A DNA stretch of 64,000 bases from an uncultured bacterium (GTDB lineage Bacteria; Fidelibacterota; Marinisomatia; Marinisomatales; UBA1611): assembly GCA_943788175.1 (NCBI GenBank), contig CALSPG010000006.1, positions 1 to 64,000 on the forward strand. Reading direction: 5' to 3'. Below are positions 34,630 to 46,443 of this stretch, piece by piece. Position numbers and translations under genes: made by a program. How positions within the stretch are numbered: the first letter of the stretch is position 1; each line of letters starts with the position of its first letter. Below the pieces are notes generated by a model. It ran no database searches. It worked only from the letters and a program-made list of their open reading frames with translations, and was not told the origin of the DNA.

Positions 34630-35781
34630 ATGAGACTTAATATATCAATTCAACAATATGATAGGCCTTTGCTTTTCGTTTGCCTTTTTTTATGCGCATT
34701 CGGAACAATTATGCTCTACAGTGCAAGTTGGAATGAATCATTTGTTCGTTCAGGTGGTTCTACAGATTCATTGTTCCTAAGAGGTCATCTAATACGAATG
34801 GTCTTAGGTTTTTGTTGCATGCTTGCTTTTTTATTAATCGATTATCGTAGTTTAAAATTAATAGCTCCATATTTATTAATATTCTCGATTCTACTACTAA
34901 TGTGTACCAAAGGCTATCATCTAATACTAGGTAATACAAGACCTGCTAGGTGGTTAAGTATTGGTTCGTTCTCTGTTCAGACATCTGACATAGCTAGATT
35001 GTCACTAATTATTTTTTTAGCATATTATTTAGATCAACTAAAGTTACAAATTAAAAATTTTAAATCAGGATTCTTGCCTTGTATTTCTGTTATTGCATTA
35101 ATGATGACATTAATTGTTATTCAACCTGATTTTAGCACAGCGCTAATAATCGGTTCAATTGGTGTAATTATTTTATTTATCGCTGGTGCAAAGATAAAAC
35201 ACATTGTTTTTTCAACTTTACTAGGATTTGTAATGAGTATTCCCATTGTTTACTTTAAACCTTATAGGTTAGCTAGAATTCTCTCCTTTTTTGATAAAAC
35301 TGATATAAAGGAAAGTGGATACCAAGCTCATCAAGCATTGCTTAGTTTAGGTAATGGGGGTTTATTTGGCGTAGGCTTAGGTAATAGTGTCGAAAAAAAC
35401 CACCTCCTCCCTACGCCACACACAGATTTTATTTTTTCAATAATTGGAGAAGAATTAGGCTTATTTAGAGGGACACTGCCACTTTTAATAGCATTTTTAT
35501 ATATTTTTTACAGAGGAATAAAAATATCCCAAAAATGCACTGACCCATTTGGAATTTTATTGGCAACTGGATTTAGTATAAATATAGTTCTATATGCTTT
35601 TGTAAATGCTTCAGTTGCAACCGGTCTTTTTCCTGTTACAGGATTACCAATGCCAATGATTAGTTATGGTGGATCTGGATTATTAATAAATATGGCAATG
35701 ATTGGAATATTATTAAACATAAGCCAAGCGAAAAGAAGTATAAGTGGTGGCCTAAATTGGAGAAATTTCAATTTTGGATAA
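34630..35781 (+). CDS. ftsW: SEDS glycosyltransferase FtsW
   Basis: Multi-TM; QPDFS, HTDFIFSIIGEELG and PMISYGGS. Confidence 0.95.
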   Translation: MRLNISIQQYDRPLLFVCLFLCAFGTIMLYSASWNESFVRSGGSTDSLFLRGHLIRMVLGFCCMLAFLLIDYRSLKLIAPYLLIFSILLLMCTKGYHLILGNTRPARWLSIGSFSVQTSDIARLSLIIFLAYYLDQLKLQIKNFKSGFLPCISVIALMMTLIVIQPDFSTALIIGSIGVIILFIAGAKIKHIVFSTLLGFVMSIPIVYFKPYRLARILSFFDKTDIKESGYQAHQALLSLGNGGLFGVGLGNSVEKNHLLPTPHTDFIFSIIGEELGLFRGTLPLLIAFLYIFYRGIKISQKCTDPFGILLATGFSINIVLYAFVNASVATGLFPVTGLPMPMISYGGSGLLINMAMIGILLNISQAKRSISGGLNWRNFNFG

Positions 35782-36880
35782 AATTAGAATAATTATAGCT
35801 GGTGGAGGTACCGGGGGTCACTTATTCCCCGCAATTGCAATTGGAGAAGAAATAAAAGAACGTATACCTGATGCTGAGATACATTTTATAGGTTCAACAT
35901 TTGGTTTAGAATCAAAAGTATTTCCGGTAAAAGATTTAATACACACATTACTACCTATAAGAGGATTGCAGAGGAGTATAAATATTCGAAATATTTTAAA
36001 AAATCTATCTCTCCCTTTTAGAATAATTAGATCTTTTATAAAAGTGCGTTCCATTTACAAAGATTTCAACCCAGGATTGGTAATTGGAACTGGTGGATAT
36101 GCTAGCGCAGTGCCTTTATTTGTTGCCGTAACAAAAAATCCAAAAATTCCAATTATTTTGCAAGAACAAAACTCTTCCCCAGGATTAACAACTAGATGGT
36201 TTGCCAAGAAAGCAAGCTTAATTTGTTCTGCTTTTAATGTTTTAAAGGATGTTTCTGAAAATGGAGTCATTTTAACAGGCAATCCAATTAGAAGTACTAT
36301 TTTAAATGGTAAAAAAAAATTAGCAATTAAAGATTTTAATCTTTCAGAAAATAAAAAAACTATTTTCATTTTTGGTGGAAGTCAAGGGTCAAGATTCTTG
36401 AATAATTCTCTTTTGAAAATTTTACGAAAAATCAACTTTAAAAATATTCAAATAATATGGCAAACAGGTGATAAAGATTTTCGGAAGTATAAATCTTTTA
36501 TAGACAATAACTTGAAAATAGTTCCATTTATTAATGATATGGCAAGTGCTTACGCGATTTCTGACTTGGTCATTTGCCGAAGTGGTGCACTTACATTATC
36601 TGAACTAACAGCATGTGGAAAACCGAGTATTTTGATTCCTTTTGCAGCCGCAGCTGGAAACCATCAACTTAAAAATGCAACGACCTTAAAAAAGAATAAG
36701 GCTGCAGTTATAATAGAAGAGAAAGATTTGAGCACTCAAATATTATTGTCAAATATTAATAATCTTATAAACAATGATGTAGCGTTAAAAAAAATGTCAG
36801 AAGCTTCTAAAAAGCTAGGAAATCCTAATGCTACTAAAGTAATAGTAGATAGTCTAGTTGAAAGAAATTATTTTGTTTAA
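35774..36880 (+). CDS. murG: Lipid II GlcNAc transferase
   Basis: GGGTGGH, EQN, GNPIR, GGSQG and RSGALT. Confidence 0.97.
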   Translation: MDKIRIIIAGGGTGGHLFPAIAIGEEIKERIPDAEIHFIGSTFGLESKVFPVKDLIHTLLPIRGLQRSINIRNILKNLSLPFRIIRSFIKVRSIYKDFNPGLVIGTGGYASAVPLFVAVTKNPKIPIILQEQNSSPGLTTRWFAKKASLICSAFNVLKDVSENGVILTGNPIRSTILNGKKKLAIKDFNLSENKKTIFIFGGSQGSRFLNNSLLKILRKINFKNIQIIWQTGDKDFRKYKSFIDNNLKIVPFINDMASAYAISDLVICRSGALTLSELTACGKPSILIPFAAAAGNHQLKNATTLKKNKAAVIIEEKDLSTQILLSNINNLINNDVALKKMSEASKKLGNPNATKVIVDSLVERNYFV

Positions 36881-38267
36881 AAAAGCAAAACGAATCCACT
36901 TTGTTGGAATTGGTGGAATTGGTATGAGTGGCATAGCAGAATTATTGCTGAACCTGAAATTTGATATTACAGGTTCTGATATAAATCAATCACAAAATGT
37001 AAAAAGGCTTGAATCGAAAGGAATTAAAGTATCAATAAACCACAGTGCTGATAATGTTAAAAATGTTGATGTTGTAGTTTATTCAAGCGCTGTAAAACAC
37101 AATAATCCTGAATTGATTGCTGCACATGAAAAGAATATTCCGGTAATTAGAAGAGCTGAAATGCTCGCACAATTAATTAGTTTAAAACAAACAAGTATTG
37201 CAGTAGGTGGAACACACGGGAAAACAACAACCAGTTCAATGATTGGAATGGTACTTGAAGAATCTGGATATGATCCTACATTAGTAGTTGGGGGTCTAGT
37301 AAGCAATCTTAATAGTAATGTGAAACTAGGATTTGGTGATATAATTGTTGTTGAAGCGGATGAATATGACCGTAGCTTTCTAGCTTTAAACCCTACTATC
37401 GCTGTTGTGACAAATTTAGAATTAGAGCATACAGATTGTTACTCTGATTTAGAAGATTTAGAAAAAGCTTTTTTACAATATTGTAATTCAGTTCCTTTTT
37501 ATGGAGAAGTTATTTTATGTGCTGATTCACCATCATTAATGAAAATTGCAAAAAATATCAAAAAACCTATGGTAACCTATGGCACTTCAACCGCTGCAGA
37601 CTTTAGAGCAGTTAACATTAAGTACAAAGCTGGAAAAAGCTTTTACAATTTAGTACACAACGAAATAGACTTTGGACAGGTCATAATTAATGCACCCGGG
37701 AATCACAATGTGTTAAACTCATTGTCAGCAATTGCTCTAGGGATAGAATTAAATATTCCATTTGACAAACTAAAAAGTGGTATAAATAATTATAGCGGTG
37801 TCAGGAGACGGTTCGATATAAAAGAAAATAATAGCGACATCATGGTAGTAGATGACTATGCGCATCATCCCACAGAGGTATACGCAACCATTACTGCTGC
37901 AAAAACAGGTTGGAAGAAAAAAATTGTTTCAGTTTTTCAACCTCATTTATTTACAAGAACTAGAGATTTTTACAAGGAGTTTGCAGAGTCTTTATTTCAA
38001 TCAGATTACATAATAATTACTGAGATATACCCTGCGAGGGAGGAGCCAATTAACGAAATAAGCTCCCAACTAATTGTTAATGAGCTAAAGCGGTTAGGTC
38101 ATCAAAACATAAATTATATTGATAACCTAACTGAATTGAATGGTATACTAGATAACCTGGGACTAGATAATCATATGGTAATAACGATGGGCGCCGGAGA
38201 TATCTGGAGATTTAATGATAAATACAACAATCATCTTATCAAAAAAAACCAAGCGTCTAAGCTATGA
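36858..38267 (+). CDS. murC: UDP-MurNAc-L-Ala ligase
   Basis: HFVGIGGIGMSG, GTHGKTTT, EADEYD and DDYAHHPTE. Confidence 0.97.
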   Translation: MKEIILFKKAKRIHFVGIGGIGMSGIAELLLNLKFDITGSDINQSQNVKRLESKGIKVSINHSADNVKNVDVVVYSSAVKHNNPELIAAHEKNIPVIRRAEMLAQLISLKQTSIAVGGTHGKTTTSSMIGMVLEESGYDPTLVVGGLVSNLNSNVKLGFGDIIVVEADEYDRSFLALNPTIAVVTNLELEHTDCYSDLEDLEKAFLQYCNSVPFYGEVILCADSPSLMKIAKNIKKPMVTYGTSTAADFRAVNIKYKAGKSFYNLVHNEIDFGQVIINAPGNHNVLNSLSAIALGIELNIPFDKLKSGINNYSGVRRRFDIKENNSDIMVVDDYAHHPTEVYATITAAKTGWKKKIVSVFQPHLFTRTRDFYKEFAESLFQSDYIIITEIYPAREEPINEISSQLIVNELKRLGHQNINYIDNLTELNGILDNLGLDNHMVITMGAGDIWRFNDKYNNHLIKKNQASKL

Positions 38268-39187
38268 ATTTAAATAAATTAAAATCTCGGTTTGATTGCG
38301 ACATATTAATCAATGAAAGAATGTCAAATCACACATCTTATGGCATAGGCGGGTCAGTTTTAGCCTACATAAGGCCAAATAATAAAAATGACCTTATAAA
38401 AATAATAAAAATGATGAATGAGAAAAATCATAAGACGTATTATTTAGGTTCTGGTTCTAATTTGCTAGTAAACGATAAAAATATAAATGCTTTTGTCATT
38501 ACCACTGCCAGAGCAATAAAAGACCTAAAAATCACAAATAACATAATACATGCTGATTCAGGAGTAATGCTTGGAAAACTTGTAAAAGAATCTATGAAAC
38601 ATAAGTTGACAGGCCTAGAAAGCCTTGCTGGCGTACCAGGAACTCTTGGAGGAGCTTTAAAAATGAACGCAGGTGCATGGGGCTCCGAAATTTCAAATTA
38701 TTTAACCTCAGTTGAAATTGTTGATATCAATGGAAGTGTTAAAACACTTAAACCAATAGATTTAAATTTTGGATACAGAAGCTCATCTTTCAGCTCTGAA
38801 TATTTTATTCTTTCAGCACAATTCAAATTAAAATCATCAAGTAAAGAAAATATAAAAATTAAAAAAGCAAAAGCTAGTGACGGGCGCAAAAAGACACAGC
38901 CACTTAAATACAGATCGGCTGGGAGCGTTTTTAAAAATCCTCGCTCAAATTTAGCAGCAGGTTTCCTTATAGAAAAATCAGGTTTAAAAGGAACTAAATA
39001 TGGTGATGCAGAGATATCAACTCATCATGCAAATTTTTTTATAAATCATGGGAATGCTAAAGCTAGTGACGTTGCATTTCTAATTAGACTAAGTAGAAAA
39101 ACAGTCTATGAAAAATATGGAATAATGCTAGATCTCGAATTAAGAACAATTGGTTTTAATAATAATAACTTATTTCCAAATGCCTAA
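38264..39187 (+). CDS. murB: UDP-N-acetylenolpyruvoylglucosamine reductase
   Basis: GSGSNLL, PGTLGGALKMNAGA, SAGSVFKNP and HANF. Confidence 0.96.
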   Translation: MNLNKLKSRFDCDILINERMSNHTSYGIGGSVLAYIRPNNKNDLIKIIKMMNEKNHKTYYLGSGSNLLVNDKNINAFVITTARAIKDLKITNNIIHADSGVMLGKLVKESMKHKLTGLESLAGVPGTLGGALKMNAGAWGSEISNYLTSVEIVDINGSVKTLKPIDLNFGYRSSSFSSEYFILSAQFKLKSSSKENIKIKKAKASDGRKKTQPLKYRSAGSVFKNPRSNLAAGFLIEKSGLKGTKYGDAEISTHHANFFINHGNAKASDVAFLIRLSRKTVYEKYGIMLDLELRTIGFNNNNLFPNA

Positions 39188-39944
39188 AAAAAATACAAAC
39201 AAAAACTATTTTATAATTTTGTCAAAATTTATACTAATTAGTTCTCTGATGGCTTTTATTATATGGATGTCAATATCATGGGGGAACTCTAAAAAACCAT
39301 TCTATGAATCATCAGTTATTGTAAATGGTGCTAGTGCCATTAACGACACTACCTACCTTTCCTATGTAAATCAAATGACAGGACAAAAAGTGAATGATTT
39401 ATCTAAGAAGAGACTTATAAATGCGCTTGTAACTCACCCATTTGTCCATGTGGCAAGAGTAAGTAACCGTTATCCAAGCAAACTAATTATAGATATAAAG
39501 GAACGAAAGCCCTTCGCTCTTCTAAATAAAGACCCAATGGTAATTCTAGATCAAAACTGTTATGTGCTTCCAGATATCAATAATCTGGAAAAATATGATA
39601 TTCCTGTATTATCGAAGTTTAATAAGGATAATAAACTTTATCCACATGGCGAGAAGTCATTATCTATTAAAGTTCAAAATACTATATCATGGCTGAGCTC
39701 TCTACATGATAAATATCCAAATTTTTATTATGATATTTCTGAAATTTTATTAGAAAATGGAGATGAAATAGTTATTATTCTTAATGAAAACCCAACAAAA
39801 ATATTTTTAGGTAATTCCAATACATTAAAGAAGATTGCAATTTTAAAAAAATTTGAAGAAACAATTCTTAATACAAAAAAAATCACTGATTATGCATACC
39901 TTGACATAAGGTACAACAATCAATTAATAGCAAAAGAATTTTAA
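39180..39944 (+). CDS. ftsQ: Cell division protein FtsQ/DivIB
   Basis: TM, POTRA-like YPSKLIIDIKER and YLDIRY; lies just before ftsA. Confidence 0.85.
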   Translation: MPKKNTNKNYFIILSKFILISSLMAFIIWMSISWGNSKKPFYESSVIVNGASAINDTTYLSYVNQMTGQKVNDLSKKRLINALVTHPFVHVARVSNRYPSKLIIDIKERKPFALLNKDPMVILDQNCYVLPDINNLEKYDIPVLSKFNKDNKLYPHGEKSLSIKVQNTISWLSSLHDKYPNFYYDISEILLENGDEIVIILNENPTKIFLGNSNTLKKIAILKKFEETILNTKKITDYAYLDIRYNNQLIAKEF

Positions 39945-39951
39945 CAAAAAG

Positions 39952-41205
39952 ATGAATAATAGTGTAGATAATGAAATAGTTGCAGGTTTAGACATTGGAT
40001 CAGAAAACATATTTTGTTCTATTGGCTCAATTGATAAAGATAATTCAAGCATCAAACTGCTTGGGTTGGGGATTGCCCCCGTTCTCGATAGCTTTAAAAA
40101 AGGATCAATTACGAACCGTAATTCCCTAATTGAGCAACTTGAGATAGCAGTAAATGAAGCAGAGGTAATGGCGGGGAAAAAAATCAATAGTGCATATATG
40201 GCTATAACTGGTGATCACATAAGATGCATGAACACTCAAGGTGCAATTGCCTTAAACAGAAACAAAACAAATGGTTCAAATGATAACAAACCAATATCAG
40301 TATATGATATTCAAAGAGTACTAGAACTCACTCAGGGCATTGCCCTTCCGCCAGATAGGGATATCTTACATACTATTCCTCAAGAGTTTATAGTTGACAC
40401 ATTAGAAAAGATAGATAATCCGATTGGCTTAACTGGGAAAAGATTAGAAGGGCATGTTCACCTTGTAACCGCTTCTACAACAGCAATGAAGAACTTAATA
40501 GAATCAGCCGAAGAATTAGGTATAAACATCAACGGTCTAGTTTTCAAACCTCTAGCATCTGCAATGCCAGCACTAACAAAAGATGAGATAAAACTTGGCG
40601 TTTCTATTATCGATATAGGATCTACTACAACGAGTATTGCAGTTTACAATGAAGGATCAATTCGACATTCAGCGGTAATCCCAATTGGTTCATCAAGTAT
40701 AACAAATGACATAGCCGTTATGCTAAGAATAAGCATCGAAAAAGCGGAAGAAATAAAAATTAAGTATGCATCTGCAAAATCGTCCCTGAGTTCAGAAAAA
40801 CTTGAATTTGAAGTACCTTTAAATGAAGAGAGTCAAATGATATCTGAAAATGAATTATCTCAGTATGTTGAAGCAAGAATGGAAGAAATTTTTCAGTTGG
40901 CACATAATGAAATTAAAAGAGCGGGTATAGATAGCAACCTAACATACGGAGTAGTGTTAACCGGTGGAGGTGCTCAATTAAGAAATATTATTCCATTAGC
41001 AAATGAACTATTAAATATGCCAGTAAGGCTAGGCAAGCCAGAAAACTATTTAAGCGGCAATAAAGATTTTGCAGATGACCCTGTTCATTCAACTGCTCTG
41101 GGACTATTATTATGGCCTTTATTATCAAACGAACAAAAGACATTACAACATAATACAATCCCCTGGTGGGATAGCATTAAACAATTTTTTAAAGAATTAT
41201 TTTAA
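39952..41205 (+). CDS. ftsA: Cell division protein FtsA
   Basis: GLDIGS, IDIGSTTT and VVLTGGGA. Confidence 0.96.
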   Translation: MNNSVDNEIVAGLDIGSENIFCSIGSIDKDNSSIKLLGLGIAPVLDSFKKGSITNRNSLIEQLEIAVNEAEVMAGKKINSAYMAITGDHIRCMNTQGAIALNRNKTNGSNDNKPISVYDIQRVLELTQGIALPPDRDILHTIPQEFIVDTLEKIDNPIGLTGKRLEGHVHLVTASTTAMKNLIESAEELGININGLVFKPLASAMPALTKDEIKLGVSIIDIGSTTTSIAVYNEGSIRHSAVIPIGSSSITNDIAVMLRISIEKAEEIKIKYASAKSSLSSEKLEFEVPLNEESQMISENELSQYVEARMEEIFQLAHNEIKRAGIDSNLTYGVVLTGGGAQLRNIIPLANELLNMPVRLGKPENYLSGNKDFADDPVHSTALGLLLWPLLSNEQKTLQHNTIPWWDSIKQFFKELF

Positions 41206-41229
41206 TCCACAAACCAAAGGAGAATAAAC

Positions 41230-42417
41230 ATGTTATTCGAATTCGATAGTTTATCAGAACAAAAAGCAAACTTAAAAGTAGTTGGTGTTGGAGGCGCAGG
41301 AGGAAATGCCGTCAATCGTATGATTACTTCTGGAATGGCGGGAGTAGATTTTATTGCGATTAATACAGATGCTCAAGACTTAGAAAACAACCCAGCAGAA
41401 CACAAAATACAAATTGGTAAAAACTTAACAAAAGGATTGGGTGCCGGAGCGAATTCTAATGTTGGTAGAAATGCTGCTGAAGCCGATAGCGAGGTTATTC
41501 ATAGTTTACTAGAAGGAGCCGACATGGCTTTTATCACAGGTGGAATGGGCGGAGGAACTGGTACAGGTGCAGCACCTATGATTGCTCAAATATCAAGAGA
41601 ACTTGGTATTTTAACAGTTGGCATTGTAACATTACCATTTAAGTTCGAGGGCCCAAAAAGACACGCTAGAGCATTAGAAGGTATTGCAGAAATGAAGAAA
41701 TCATGTGATACGCTGATTGCTATACCAAATCAAAAGTTATTATCTGTAGTTGATAAGTCAACCACTCTTCCTGAGGCCTTTGAAATGGCGGATGGTATAC
41801 TCCATCAAGCAGCAAAAGGAATATCGGATCTAATAAATGTTCACGGTATGATAAATTTAGATTTTGCGGATGTTGAAACAGTTATGAAAAACATGGGTGA
41901 AGCAATTATGGGTACAGGTACTGCGCATGGAGAGGAAAGAGCAGCATTAGCAGCTCAACAAGCAATATCTAGTCCCCTACTAGACAATGCATCTATAGCT
42001 GGAGCACAAGGAGTACTTGTAAATATTACAGGCGGTGAAAATATCACATTGCATGAGATCGATGAAGCAACTAGTATCATTCTTGAGGAAGCAGGCGAAT
42101 CTGCAAATATAATTGTAGGGGCAGTCATAGATAAAAATATGACAGAGGATATTCAAGTAACTGTTATTTCAACTGGATTTGATACTATGGAGAAAAATAC
42201 CATTTCGCCAGAAAAAATAGAAAAAGCGACACCAACTAGTGAATTACAGAATATGATTAATAAACCACTTCATGCTGAAAAGGCTCAAGAGCAACAAACA
42301 GAATCAAAATCAAATAAAGAAGGTAAACTATTTTTTGATGGTACTAACGAAACGCCTTCAATTTACGAGAAGAGGTTAGATGTACCAGCATTTCTTAGGA
42401 AAAGTCAGGATAGATAG
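41230..42417 (+). CDS. ftsZ: Cell division protein FtsZ
   Basis: [15 protein letters not shown] and C-terminal LDVPAFLRK. Confidence 0.99.
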   Translation: MLFEFDSLSEQKANLKVVGVGGAGGNAVNRMITSGMAGVDFIAINTDAQDLENNPAEHKIQIGKNLTKGLGAGANSNVGRNAAEADSEVIHSLLEGADMAFITGGMGGGTGTGAAPMIAQISRELGILTVGIVTLPFKFEGPKRHARALEGIAEMKKSCDTLIAIPNQKLLSVVDKSTTLPEAFEMADGILHQAAKGISDLINVHGMINLDFADVETVMKNMGEAIMGTGTAHGEERAALAAQQAISSPLLDNASIAGAQGVLVNITGGENITLHEIDEATSIILEEAGESANIIVGAVIDKNMTEDIQVTVISTGFDTMEKNTISPEKIEKATPTSELQNMINKPLHAEKAQEQQTESKSNKEGKLFFDGTNETPSIYEKRLDVPAFLRKSQDR

Positions 42418-42473
42418 ATTACTGAATAAATAAAATAAAAAAACTAAATGTGTAAAATCATTGATAAAAATAT

Positions 42474-42710
42474 TTAAATAGTTTTTCCTTGAGCTTTAAG
42501 CTCATTGATAACTTTTCTAATACCTTTTTTATCAATGATACGCATACCTTTTGTGGAAACACGAAGGGTTACAAAGCGATTTTCATCGGGTAGCCAGAAA
42601 CGTTTCTTTTGTAAGTTAACGTTGAATCTTCTACGAGATTTATTGTTAGCATGACTAACATTATTGCCAAACATTGGTTTTTTACCTGTGACGTCACATA
42701 CCCTACTCAT
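42474..42710 (-). CDS. rpmB: 50S ribosomal protein L28
   Basis: [29 protein letters not shown]. Confidence 0.98.
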   Translation of the reverse strand: MSRVCDVTGKKPMFGNNVSHANNKSRRRFNVNLQKKRFWLPDENRFVTLRVSTKGMRIIDKKGIRKVINELKAQGKTI

Positions 42711-42808
42711 TATATCTCTCTCATTTCTTGTTAAAAATAATTTATTTTGTTAAATATTATTTAATATAAATTTGCCGTGGAAATTACATTTTCTTTTTTA
42801 ATTCACAA

Positions 42809-43789
42809 ATGAAAATCGGAAACATCAAAATCGACATACCTGTACTTCTAGCTCCTATGGCAGGTTATACTGATTACCCATTCAGAGTATTATGTAAAAG
42901 GAACGGCGCTGGATTAGTTTATTCTGAGTTTGTTTCTGCTGATGGAATAATACGCGAAAACATTCGAACGCTAGAAATGATTCATTTTAAAAAAGAAGAA
43001 AGGCCGGTAGGAATTCAGATATTTGGTAGCGACCCAAAAATCATGAATCAAGCTACTAAATATATTATTAATAATTTTAAACCAGATTTAATTGATATCA
43101 ATTATGGCTGTCCTGTTCCAAAAGTCACAAAAAAAGGGGGTGGGTCTGCAGCCTTAAAAGACTTGTGTCTGATGGATGATATAACAATTGCAGTAGTTGA
43201 AGCTGCCTGCAAAACTCCTGTTACAGTAAAAATGAGAGCGGGGTGGGATATGAATAGTATTATAATTAATGAAGCAGGACCTCGCTTAGAGCAACTAGGA
43301 ATTAAGGCGCTTACCCTACACCCGCGTACTACTGTACAAAAATACAATGGTAGTGCAAATTGGGATTTAATCAAAAATTTAAAACAAATAGTTTCAATAC
43401 CTGTAATTGGCAATGGAGATGTTAAAAATATAGATGACATAAAAAAAATGTTTGAATACACTGCTTGTGATGCGGTTATGATAGCACGAGCAGCTCAAGG
43501 TAATCCGTGGATTTTTGATAAGGCCAAAGAACTATTTAATAAAAACCATCAAAGCAAAAAAATATCCTTAAAAAATATATCATCAATGTGTAAAGAGCAT
43601 TTTAGGCTTCTGACAAACGAAAAAGGTAACTCTACAGGAATGAATCTTATGAGGAAGCACTTTTCAAATTATCTGAAAGGGTTTCCTAACGCTTCGATAT
43701 TTAGACAAAAACTAGTAACAGCAAATTCCTACGAAAACATGATTTTAGGATTAACCGAATTTGAAAAGTATGCAAATGAGGAATCATAA
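42809..43789 (+). CDS. dusB: tRNA-dihydrouridine synthase
   Basis: LAPMAG, DINYGCP, KMRAGW, HPRT and GNGD. Confidence 0.93.
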   Translation: MKIGNIKIDIPVLLAPMAGYTDYPFRVLCKRNGAGLVYSEFVSADGIIRENIRTLEMIHFKKEERPVGIQIFGSDPKIMNQATKYIINNFKPDLIDINYGCPVPKVTKKGGGSAALKDLCLMDDITIAVVEAACKTPVTVKMRAGWDMNSIIINEAGPRLEQLGIKALTLHPRTTVQKYNGSANWDLIKNLKQIVSIPVIGNGDVKNIDDIKKMFEYTACDAVMIARAAQGNPWIFDKAKELFNKNHQSKKISLKNISSMCKEHFRLLTNEKGNSTGMNLMRKHFSNYLKGFPNASIFRQKLVTANSYENMILGLTEFEKYANEES

Positions 43790-43876
43790 TAAATTGATGA
43801 TTTTTTCTACAATGTTTTTATTAAACTTGCATCCAAGTATTTCACGATAAATTATAAAATTACGGAAAGTAAAATT

Positions 43877-45493
43877 ATGTCTATGAACAATATTATTAAT
43901 GAGCCGGTAAAAGAATATCTTCCCGACTCTGAAGAAAGAAAATCGCTTCTAGAAGAGTATAAAAAACAGTCTAATAAAAAAATTGAAATACCAATAATTA
44001 TCGGTGGTGAAAAAATTCTTACTGGAGACATAGGCCACTGTATTGCTCCTCATAATCATAAAAAAGTTTTAGCATCTTACCATAAGGCTGATAAAGAAAC
44101 TGTCGATAAAGCTATAAAGAACTCATTAGATGCTTGGAAAGCTTGGTCTAATACTAAACTTGAAGAAAGAACAACTATTTTTAGGAAAGCCGCTATTCTT
44201 CTAGCAGGGAAATGGCGTAACAAAATCAATGCAGCAACTATGTTAAATCAAAGCAAAAATGCACACCAAGCAGAAATAGATGCGGCATGTGAGCTAATTG
44301 ATTTCTTTAACTTAAATTCTGCTTTTGCAGAAAATATTAATTCGAAGCAAGATCTTATCTCCCCCAATGATACGAAAAACTATCTTGAATATAGACCTCT
44401 TGAAGGTTTTGTTTTCGCCATAGCACCATTTAATTTCACTTCTATAGCCGGTAATCTTCCATCCGCTCCTGCTTTGATGGGAAATGTTTCTTTGTGGAAA
44501 CCGGCTTCATCGGCAATTTTAGCATGCTACTATCTAATGGAAATGTTTAAAGAAGCAGGCCTACCAGATGGCGTAATTAATTTTTTACCTGGTGATGGCA
44601 ATGTTGTTGGTGGTCCAATTTTAGATCATCCTAAGCTTGCAGGTGTTCATTTCACTGGGTCTACTAGAACTTTTAATCACATCTGGAAAACAATTGGTTC
44701 AAAAATTGACAATTACAAGTCCTACCCTAGAATAGTCGGAGAAACCGGAGGCAAAGACTTTTGCCTGGCTCATAGCTCATGTGATGAAGAAGTACTTGTA
44801 ACAGCCATGGTTAGAGGAGCATTCGAATATCAAGGTCAAAAGTGTTCTGCTATGTCAAGGGCTTATATACCTTCGACAATTTGGCCGTCTGTTGAAAAAA
44901 AACTCATTGAACAACTAAGTACAATTAAAGTAGGTCCTCCTAACGACTTTACAAATTTCATGAATGCTGTAATTGATAAATCAGCATTCAAAAGTATTAC
45001 TCATTATATAGATTATGCGAAAAGTAATGGTGATGCAGAAATCATTTTTGGTGGAGAATACGATGACTCAATAGGGTATTTTATTGAACCAACAATAATT
45101 CTAACATCAGATCCTAAGTTTAAAACAATGACAGAAGAGATATTTGGACCAGTTCTGACAATATATGTATACAAACCTGAAAATTGGGAAGAAACCCTGC
45201 GGCTAGTTGATACGACCAGTGACTATGCTCTGACAGGATGCATAATCGCTTCTGAAAAAGAAGTTATAAAAGAAACTCAAAGTAAACTCAAACACTCTGC
45301 TGGAAACTTTTACATAAATGACAAGCCCACTGGCGCAGTTGTTGGACAACAGCCTTTTGGGGGGAGTAGAAGATCCGGAACGAATGACAAAGCTGGTTCG
45401 GAGCTCAATCTTATGAGATGGGTATCTGTTAGGACGATCAAAGAAAATCTTAATCCTCCAAAGGATTATAAATATTCTTTTTTAGAAAAATAA
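43877..45493 (+). CDS. pruA: Delta-1-pyrroline-5-carboxylate (glutamate semialdehyde) dehydrogenase
   Basis: AEIDAACELIDF, PFNFT, GETGGKD, EYQGQKCSA and NDKPTGAVVGQQPFGG. Confidence 0.95.
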   Translation: MSMNNIINEPVKEYLPDSEERKSLLEEYKKQSNKKIEIPIIIGGEKILTGDIGHCIAPHNHKKVLASYHKADKETVDKAIKNSLDAWKAWSNTKLEERTTIFRKAAILLAGKWRNKINAATMLNQSKNAHQAEIDAACELIDFFNLNSAFAENINSKQDLISPNDTKNYLEYRPLEGFVFAIAPFNFTSIAGNLPSAPALMGNVSLWKPASSAILACYYLMEMFKEAGLPDGVINFLPGDGNVVGGPILDHPKLAGVHFTGSTRTFNHIWKTIGSKIDNYKSYPRIVGETGGKDFCLAHSSCDEEVLVTAMVRGAFEYQGQKCSAMSRAYIPSTIWPSVEKKLIEQLSTIKVGPPNDFTNFMNAVIDKSAFKSITHYIDYAKSNGDAEIIFGGEYDDSIGYFIEPTIILTSDPKFKTMTEEIFGPVLTIYVYKPENWEETLRLVDTTSDYALTGCIIASEKEVIKETQSKLKHSAGNFYINDKPTGAVVGQQPFGGSRRSGTNDKAGSELNLMRWVSVRTIKENLNPPKDYKYSFLEK

Positions 45494-45496
45494 CAA

Positions 45497-46441
45497 ATGC
45501 AGAATAAAACAATAATGATTGCTCTTGGAGGTAATAGTTTATCTCCTAAAGGAAGCGCAGGTAGCGTGACTGAACAATTTAGTTTAGCTCGTAAAACTAT
45601 GAATAATTTATCCGAGTTTATTGATTTGAATTATAATATTTGCATTACACATGGTAACGGACCGCAAGTTGGAGATGAATTACTTAGAATGGATTTGACT
45701 AGCGAGACAGTACCTCCTCTCCCCCTTGGTATTTGCGTAGCAAACACACAAGGTCAAATAGGTTATATGGTTCAACAAACGCTTCAAAATGAACTTAGGG
45801 AAAAATCAGTCGATCGAGAAGTTGTTACCTTGGTAACTCAAGTTATTGTCGATAAAAATGATCAAAGTATCAATAACCCGACAAAATTTATAGGACCACG
45901 ATATACAAAATCAGAAATTGAAAAATTCGCTACAAAACTCGGATGGTCAATTAAAGAGCAAGAACCTGGCTCATGGCGAAGAGTAGTTCCCTCTCCCATG
46001 CCTGAATTCATTATGCATGGAAAGTCAATTAAGGCCTTGGTTGATAGAGGTACAATCGTCATAGCATTTGGCGGAGGAGGAATACCAGTTTTTAATAACA
46101 AAGATAATAAAATTGAAGGACTTGATGCTGTTATTGATAAAGATTTCTCTGCAGCAAAAATGGGCAGAATAATACGAGCGCAAGAATTATGGATTATTAG
46201 TGATATTGATTATCTTTATCGTAATTTCGGCAAAGAGGATGCTTCCCCGATCAAACAAATTAATTCAAAGGAATTAAATACTCTTTACAAAAAAAATACT
46301 TTCCAAGAAGGAACTATAAAACCGAAAATTAAAGCAGCTCTTCATTTTTTAAAACATCATGGTGAGAAAGTAGTTATCACATCTATTGACAATATTAAAA
46401 AAGCACTTAAACAAAAATCAGGTACAATTATTAGGAATTAA
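45497..46441 (+). CDS. arcC: Carbamate kinase
   Basis: IALGGN, THGNGPQVG, RRVVPSP, GGGGIPV and AVIDKD. Confidence 0.95.
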   Translation: MQNKTIMIALGGNSLSPKGSAGSVTEQFSLARKTMNNLSEFIDLNYNICITHGNGPQVGDELLRMDLTSETVPPLPLGICVANTQGQIGYMVQQTLQNELREKSVDREVVTLVTQVIVDKNDQSINNPTKFIGPRYTKSEIEKFATKLGWSIKEQEPGSWRRVVPSPMPEFIMHGKSIKALVDRGTIVIAFGGGGIPVFNNKDNKIEGLDAVIDKDFSAAKMGRIIRAQELWIISDIDYLYRNFGKEDASPIKQINSKELNTLYKKNTFQEGTIKPKIKAALHFLKHHGEKVVITSIDNIKKALKQKSGTIIRN

Positions 46442-46443
46442 TT